A program made the translations under genes and the position numbers. A stretch of DNA of 64,000 nt from NCBI RefSeq assembly GCF_024521635.1, contig NW_026250435.1:1-64000 (forward strand), given 5' to 3'. Shown piece by piece: positions 61,879 through 64,000 of this stretch. The notes below the pieces were generated by a model. That model saw only the letters and a list, made by a program, of their open reading frames with translations. It did no database searches and had not been told where the DNA came from. Each line of letters begins with the position of its first letter. Position 1 is the first letter of the stretch. The DNA is from Tricharina praecox. Lineage: Eukaryota.

Positions 61879-63651
61879 TTACTGTCGTGTTATTCCTGTA
61901 GCACTGTCATTAAACGGGAGGCACTGTGATTCGAGGCCGTTTGATAAGTTACCTCCCTTCTCCTCCTCATTCTCCTCGAAGCCCAACCCATTCCCTTCCC
62001 ACTCCTCTATTTTCCGCCTGTTCACAAATTCCTCGGCGAGATGGCGCTTCCGTTCGGCCCAGTCGGTAAACACACTCTTGCAAAATCCACAGCGCGACTT
62101 CGCCGGCGGGGGGACATCCCGCGTCCAGCTCTTGTCAGCTGGATCCCACTTGACATATGGATGGCAGTGGTTTATGTGCTGTTGAAAGTTATCCTTCCGG
62201 CCAAACGAACGAACCTCCTCCGGCTTATCCGCACACCCACGTCCACACGGCTTCCTTGGCTTCTTTGGCTTCTCCATGCCGTGCGAGGGGCTAGCATCAA
62301 CAAGGCTTTCATCTTTTTCGGAACATGTTATCCTTGAACGTCCAGAAGGGGTTAATATCCCGGGGTGCGTATGAGTATACATACGATTGGAGCTGGTGGT
62401 CGCTAAGGTATGGGCTGTAGGCTGAGTGGTAAAAGTCGGACACGCTCCATAAGGCTTATCCTGGACTCCTGGCAATCCCTGAACTTGAGAATCTCCATCC
62501 TTGGGCATGACGGGAACAGATGATAAACGGCCACTTGCTTCGTCCGGTGTGGAATCCAGTCTCCGGACATGGTCCAAGAGAGGAGTTGGCCGCGCGCAGC
62601 CATCTCGCCAGGCGGGTTGGGATGTTTCTTCCTCGAATTGGCAATCCCAGGTAGGCTTGTGGATGTCCTTTTCCTTTGCGTCTTGGTCCGATGAGGAATC
62701 CTGGGCCAACGTGGGGGAATCCGCAACATCCGCGGTATCCAGGAGTGGTTCATCATGTCTATACGGGCAGTACACACATTCTCCGGTCATTTGATCGGTT
62801 GGTCCGTTGAGGGCGCATATCCATCTGGTCAGTTCTATGTGGCTCGATTCTTCATGGCGAAACATGTTGCCAGGCCTGTTGTAGCTCTTACCACATTTCG
62901 GCCACGGGCAGTGGAAGATATACGGAGCTTTGGTCTTCTTGGGAACGGGAGAGTCCTGGCGGGGTGTGTGCTTCTTCTTCATGACTTTGTTCTTTACCGG
63001 GGCTAGGGGATCCCTGGCGGCCTCGGTCCCGTTTCTTTTTCTCTCCGCAAGCGGCACAGTGGTTCCTACTACGGCCCCTCTGCGGCTATTCCATTTAGCA
63101 GTGGCAGATAATGAAGAATCCTTCGAGCCTGTTGGACGCATCGCACTAGGTTTAAGCAACGCCTTGGAAGAAGGGGAATTCGGCACCACTGGCATATCCT
63201 GCGGTTCTTGGGCATAATCTTCCAGGTCCTCAAGCTTCGGGCTTTCCATCCTGCGGTCCATGCAAGGCTCATCGGGGAGGTCCAATCCATTGGTATGTGC
63301 TAATGGCTGAACGGCATTCATCCGATCCGAACTGCTAGGCGGTCCTGGCACATTCTCGGGTAACCTGCTCTCTCCGCTCGGTAATAACTGTGCTGTCCAT
63401 TGCTGAGGTATGGCTGCTGAATATGCCGGCGAATTCTAGAGGATAGCAAGCGCATAGCGCGGTTAGCTCGGTTGAAGCACCACAGTGGACATGGGAGGTA
63501 TAGGAGAATCCACCTGCTGAAGCTCATTCGGTATCGGGGTGCGGTATAGAAGTTGTGGATCTACATACGGGAATGGAGGAGTCTCCCAAATCCCCTTCAC
63601 TACCTCTCGGTGTGAGGATATTTGGAAGCGGAAGTCGGAATAGTGGCTCAT
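61879..63651 (-). CDS. Fungal C2H2 zinc-finger transcription factor
   Basis: FHCPWPKCGKSYNRPGNMFRHEESSH, WIC..CVYC, RSFGRKDNFQQHINHCH and SRCGFCKSVFTDWAERKRHL. The 5' exon from ATG 63651 joins through an intron ending GCTAAC..TAG near 63436; the start is uncertain. Confidence 0.85.
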
Positions 63652-64000
63652 CGTTTCTTGTGAAGCTGGTCGATCTTACTGCGAGGTTTCCCGATTGCAG
63701 CTACTTAGCTTAAAAGCAAACTGCAGACGGGCGGCCAGCCGCTCCAACTCCTTACCATAGCACACATATTTTCCTCTCCTCATGCCATAGCCCGATTGGC
63801 TATCTGCAGGTGAGAAGAACACAGGGTTGCAAGCAGGGAAGCGGCAGCAAAACTCCAACCAAGTTCGCGGCGCGTCGTTTTGTTTGCTGAGACTCAGTCT
63901 CTCGTATACCTGTACTGAACGTCTATGTTTGAACCTTTCTCCAGCCCTATAATCGGAAGTGTTCTTTCGACCCCGATCGATATCGGTGCTCACGGGTTCG

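Overview
Eukaryotic DNA from a filamentous ascomycete, judged by short GT-AG introns with CTAAC/CTGAC branch points, fungal gene families and an intron-containing tRNA. No finer taxonomy is claimed. The window has two compartments. From about 1 to 48 kb it is gene-sparse and rich in repeats and relics, and nearly every intact gene encodes a secreted protein: a type-B carboxylesterase, a Tyr/Lys/Thr/Val tandem-repeat protein, an alpha-carbonic anhydrase, an NTF2/SnoaL-like protein and a CFEM-only protein. It also holds a dead carboxylesterase paralogue, a TA-flanked MITE, a TG..CA foldback element, solo-LTR-like copies and several stop-riddled ORF relics. From about 49 to 64 kb it is compact: KduD-like SDR, tRNA-Met(CAU), RBR E3 ligase, Zn-dependent polyol dehydrogenase, single-pass membrane protein and C2H2 transcription factor. 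Two diverged ~1.1-1.2 kb copies of one repeat (2563-3777 and 59571-60641) lie in inverted orientation around ~56 kb, and each carries a tandem pair of tRNA-like Pol III units. The best candidates for new biology are the YKY/VYK/TxT repeat protein, the tRNA-dimer repeat and a possible GluE/GluF-type sugar-acid gene pair. All alignments were done by eye and no database searches were run.
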